A DNA stretch of 24,590 nt from a virus (taxonomy: Duplodnaviria > Caudoviricetes): the IMG/VR virus record IMGVR_UViG_3300029318_000094, positions 1-24,590 of that record; one strand, written 5' to 3'. Below the pieces are notes generated by a model. It saw only the letters and a program-made list of their open reading frames with translations. It was not told where the DNA came from and did no database searches. A program made the position numbers and the translations under genes. Numbering within the stretch: position 1 is the first letter of the stretch; every line of letters begins with the position of its first letter. Below, piece by piece: positions 23,023-24,590 of the stretch.

Positions 23023-23612
23023 TGCAAAGTTTATTTAACTTTATAGTCGAACCAAAAAATAAAAGATACGATAATACAAAACATATTGATGATAAAGAGC
23101 TGATATTAAATTCAGAAATATCTGATCATCGATATGTTAGTCGTGTCGGTAAAGTACTTAGCGTACCTAAAGCTATCAAAACAAAAATTAATGTAGGTGA
23201 CGAAGTTATAGTACACCACAATGTTTTTCGTAGATGGTACGACATTAGGGGCGTAGAGAAGAATAGCAAAAGCTATTGGAAAGAAAATAAATATTTTGTT
23301 GCTACAGACCAAATATTTCTGTATAAAAGAAATAATGAATGGCATGCACCAGAAGGTTATTCTTTTATAAAACCAATTATATCAAATAATATATTGCAAA
23401 ATGAAAAAGAGATTCCATTGCGTGGAATTATAAAGTATGTTGACCCAAAACTAAAAGATATACAAAAAGAAGATTTAATTGGATTTACACCGGAAAGCGA
23501 ATATGAATTTGTTGTTGACGGTGAAAGATTATATAGAGTGCCAAATAATTCAATATCTATTAAGTATGAACGTCAAGGAAACGAAAAAGAATATAATCCA
23601 AGCTGGACATAA
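23022..23612 (+). CDS. Second co-chaperonin-like protein with two tandem GroES-like domains (196 aa)
   Basis: Domain 1: FIVEP...GKVLSVP...INVGDEVIV...YFVATDQIF. Domain 2: YSFIKP...RGIIKYV...IQKEDLIGF...EFVVDGERLYRVPNNSI. Confidence 0.65.
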   Translation: MQSLFNFIVEPKNKRYDNTKHIDDKELILNSEISDHRYVSRVGKVLSVPKAIKTKINVGDEVIVHHNVFRRWYDIRGVEKNSKSYWKENKYFVATDQIFLYKRNNEWHAPEGYSFIKPIISNNILQNEKEIPLRGIIKYVDPKLKDIQKEDLIGFTPESEYEFVVDGERLYRVPNNSISIKYERQGNEKEYNPSWT

Positions 23613-23841
23613 AGCAGTTGAAGAATTAATTAAAGTTGCTAAAGAAAGAATTGTTGATTCAGATGATGATGTTTCAGCAGATAGATTAAAAAACGCGGCT
23701 GCTACAAAAAAGCTAGCTATATTTGATGCTTTTGAAATACTTAATCGTATTGAAGAAGAAAAAAATATGTTAGAAGATAAACCTAAAGAAGTTAAAAAAG
23801 AAAAAACTTTTAGAGGGTTTGCAGAAGGGAGATCCAAATAA
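23566..23841 (+). CDS. Helical protein, putative terminase small subunit (91 aa)
   Basis: ORF track 23479..23841; likely start is the ATG at 23566. It is directly upstream of and coupled (TAATG) to the large terminase. The function is inferred from position only. Confidence 0.5.
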   Translation: MNVKETKKNIIQAGHKAVEELIKVAKERIVDSDDDVSADRLKNAAATKKLAIFDAFEILNRIEEEKNMLEDKPKEVKKEKTFRGFAEGRSK

Positions 23842-24590
23842 TGTATAAGCAATCATTATATAGCGTTATAGAGCCTATAAAAATTAATACAATTAAAAGG
23901 CTTAATAAAGCAAAAAAGTGGAAATACGGCTATAATAAAGAGCACGACGTAGTTGTTATAAGCAAGTCCGGTCAGATCGGGGAGGTGTATAGCATACAAA
24001 ACTTAAAAATAGCTTTACCTAAACAAAAAAATATACATAAGTTTGAAGATAACAAATGGAATAGATTTGAATATCCAAAAGCTTTAGAAAAAATAAAAAC
24101 TGTTTTTGATTTTAAACAGTACCCTCAAGATTTTAAAGAAAAATGGTATGATTACATCGATAATGAATTCACTCGTAGAGAAGAAGGTTTTTGGTTTTAT
24201 AACAAAGGCATTCCTACTTACATTAGTGGTACTCATTACATGTACTTGCAGTGGTCTAAAATTGACGTCGGGAATCCCGAATTCAGAGAGTCAAATAGAT
24301 TATTCTTTATTTTCTGGGAAGCTTGTAAGGCAGATTCACGATCCTATGGGATGTGTTACCTTAAGAACAGGCGTTCCGGGTTTTCTTTCATGGCCTCAGG
24401 AGAGGTGGTTAACTTGGCAACCATATCAAGTGACAGTAGGTATGGTATATTATCCAAGTCCGGTCCTGATGCAAAGAAGATGTTCACAGATAAGGTGGTA
24501 CCCATATCAGTTAATTATCCCTTCTTTTTCAAACCGACCCAGGACGGAATGGACCGTCCAAAGACCGAACTTGCCTACCGTGTCCCCGCA
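23841..24590 (+). CDS. terL: Terminase large subunit, 5' part (truncated by window edge; not in ORF track)
   Basis: The frame is open for 250 codons from the ATG at 23841 (MYKQSLYSVIEP...). It contains YISGTHYMYL and the Walker-A-like GMCYLKNRRSGFSF (KxRRxGxS) near 24348-24389. Confidence 0.85.
   Translation, partial: MYKQSLYSVIEPIKINTIKRLNKAKKWKYGYNKEHDVVVISKSGQIGEVYSIQNLKIALPKQKNIHKFEDNKWNRFEYPKALEKIKTVFDFKQYPQDFKEKWYDYIDNEFTRREEGFWFYNKGIPTYISGTHYMYLQWSKIDVGNPEFRESNRLFFIFWEACKADSRSYGMCYLKNRRSGFSFMASGEVVNLATISSDSRYGILSKSGPDAKKMFTDKVVPISVNYPFFFKPTQDGMDRPKTELAYRVPA

Noticed and set aside
11368-23852. Minus-strand ORFs within the fibre, NTase, GroES-like and terminase-region genes
   Set aside because: They are antisense shadows of long coding frames, with no independent motifs or start context.
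1-24590. Stop-codon reassignment as in some crAss-like phages
   Set aside because: Long genes are intact and densely packed under the standard bacterial code, and TAG (9181) and TGA (5314) act as stops directly before the next starts.

Overview
This window is a fragment of an AT-rich tailed dsDNA phage genome. The host is most plausibly a Bacteroidota/Flavobacteriia member (inference from A-rich leaders without Shine-Dalgarno sequences, a signal peptide followed by Gln, and 'GNVGIGTTxP' fibre repeats). Positions 1-2655 hold a minus-strand cluster of small, probably early genes, punctuated by five copies of a fixed-spacing 32-bp motif (TAC...TAAAYACGW-N8-GGATAATA) that looks like a phage promoter. 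Positions 2656-2914 form the strand switch, with a GC-rich island followed by an AT-rich tract and palindromes. The plus strand then encodes groEL followed by groES (reverse of the usual order), a winged-HTH-like protein, a HEXXH metallopeptidase, several basic or putative internal proteins, an exported protein and a 3TM holin-like protein. These are followed by four tail-fibre-like genes (113, 470, 1655 and 1874 aa), a Pol-beta-type nucleotidyltransferase-like protein, a coiled-coil protein, a second GroES-like protein with two tandem domains, a putative small terminase and the 5' part of the large terminase. The most notable observations are: (i) a three-component phage chaperonin set; (ii) an apparent plug-and-socket chain of fibre proteins, where genes ending in an 'HN' domain are followed by genes starting MAIPFL; (iii) a shared MPKF...YAMQ leader on otherwise unrelated proteins; (iv) the promoter array and the TGACA/TGTCA palindromes; and (v) the NTase. 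All family assignments come from reading motifs by eye; no searches were run.
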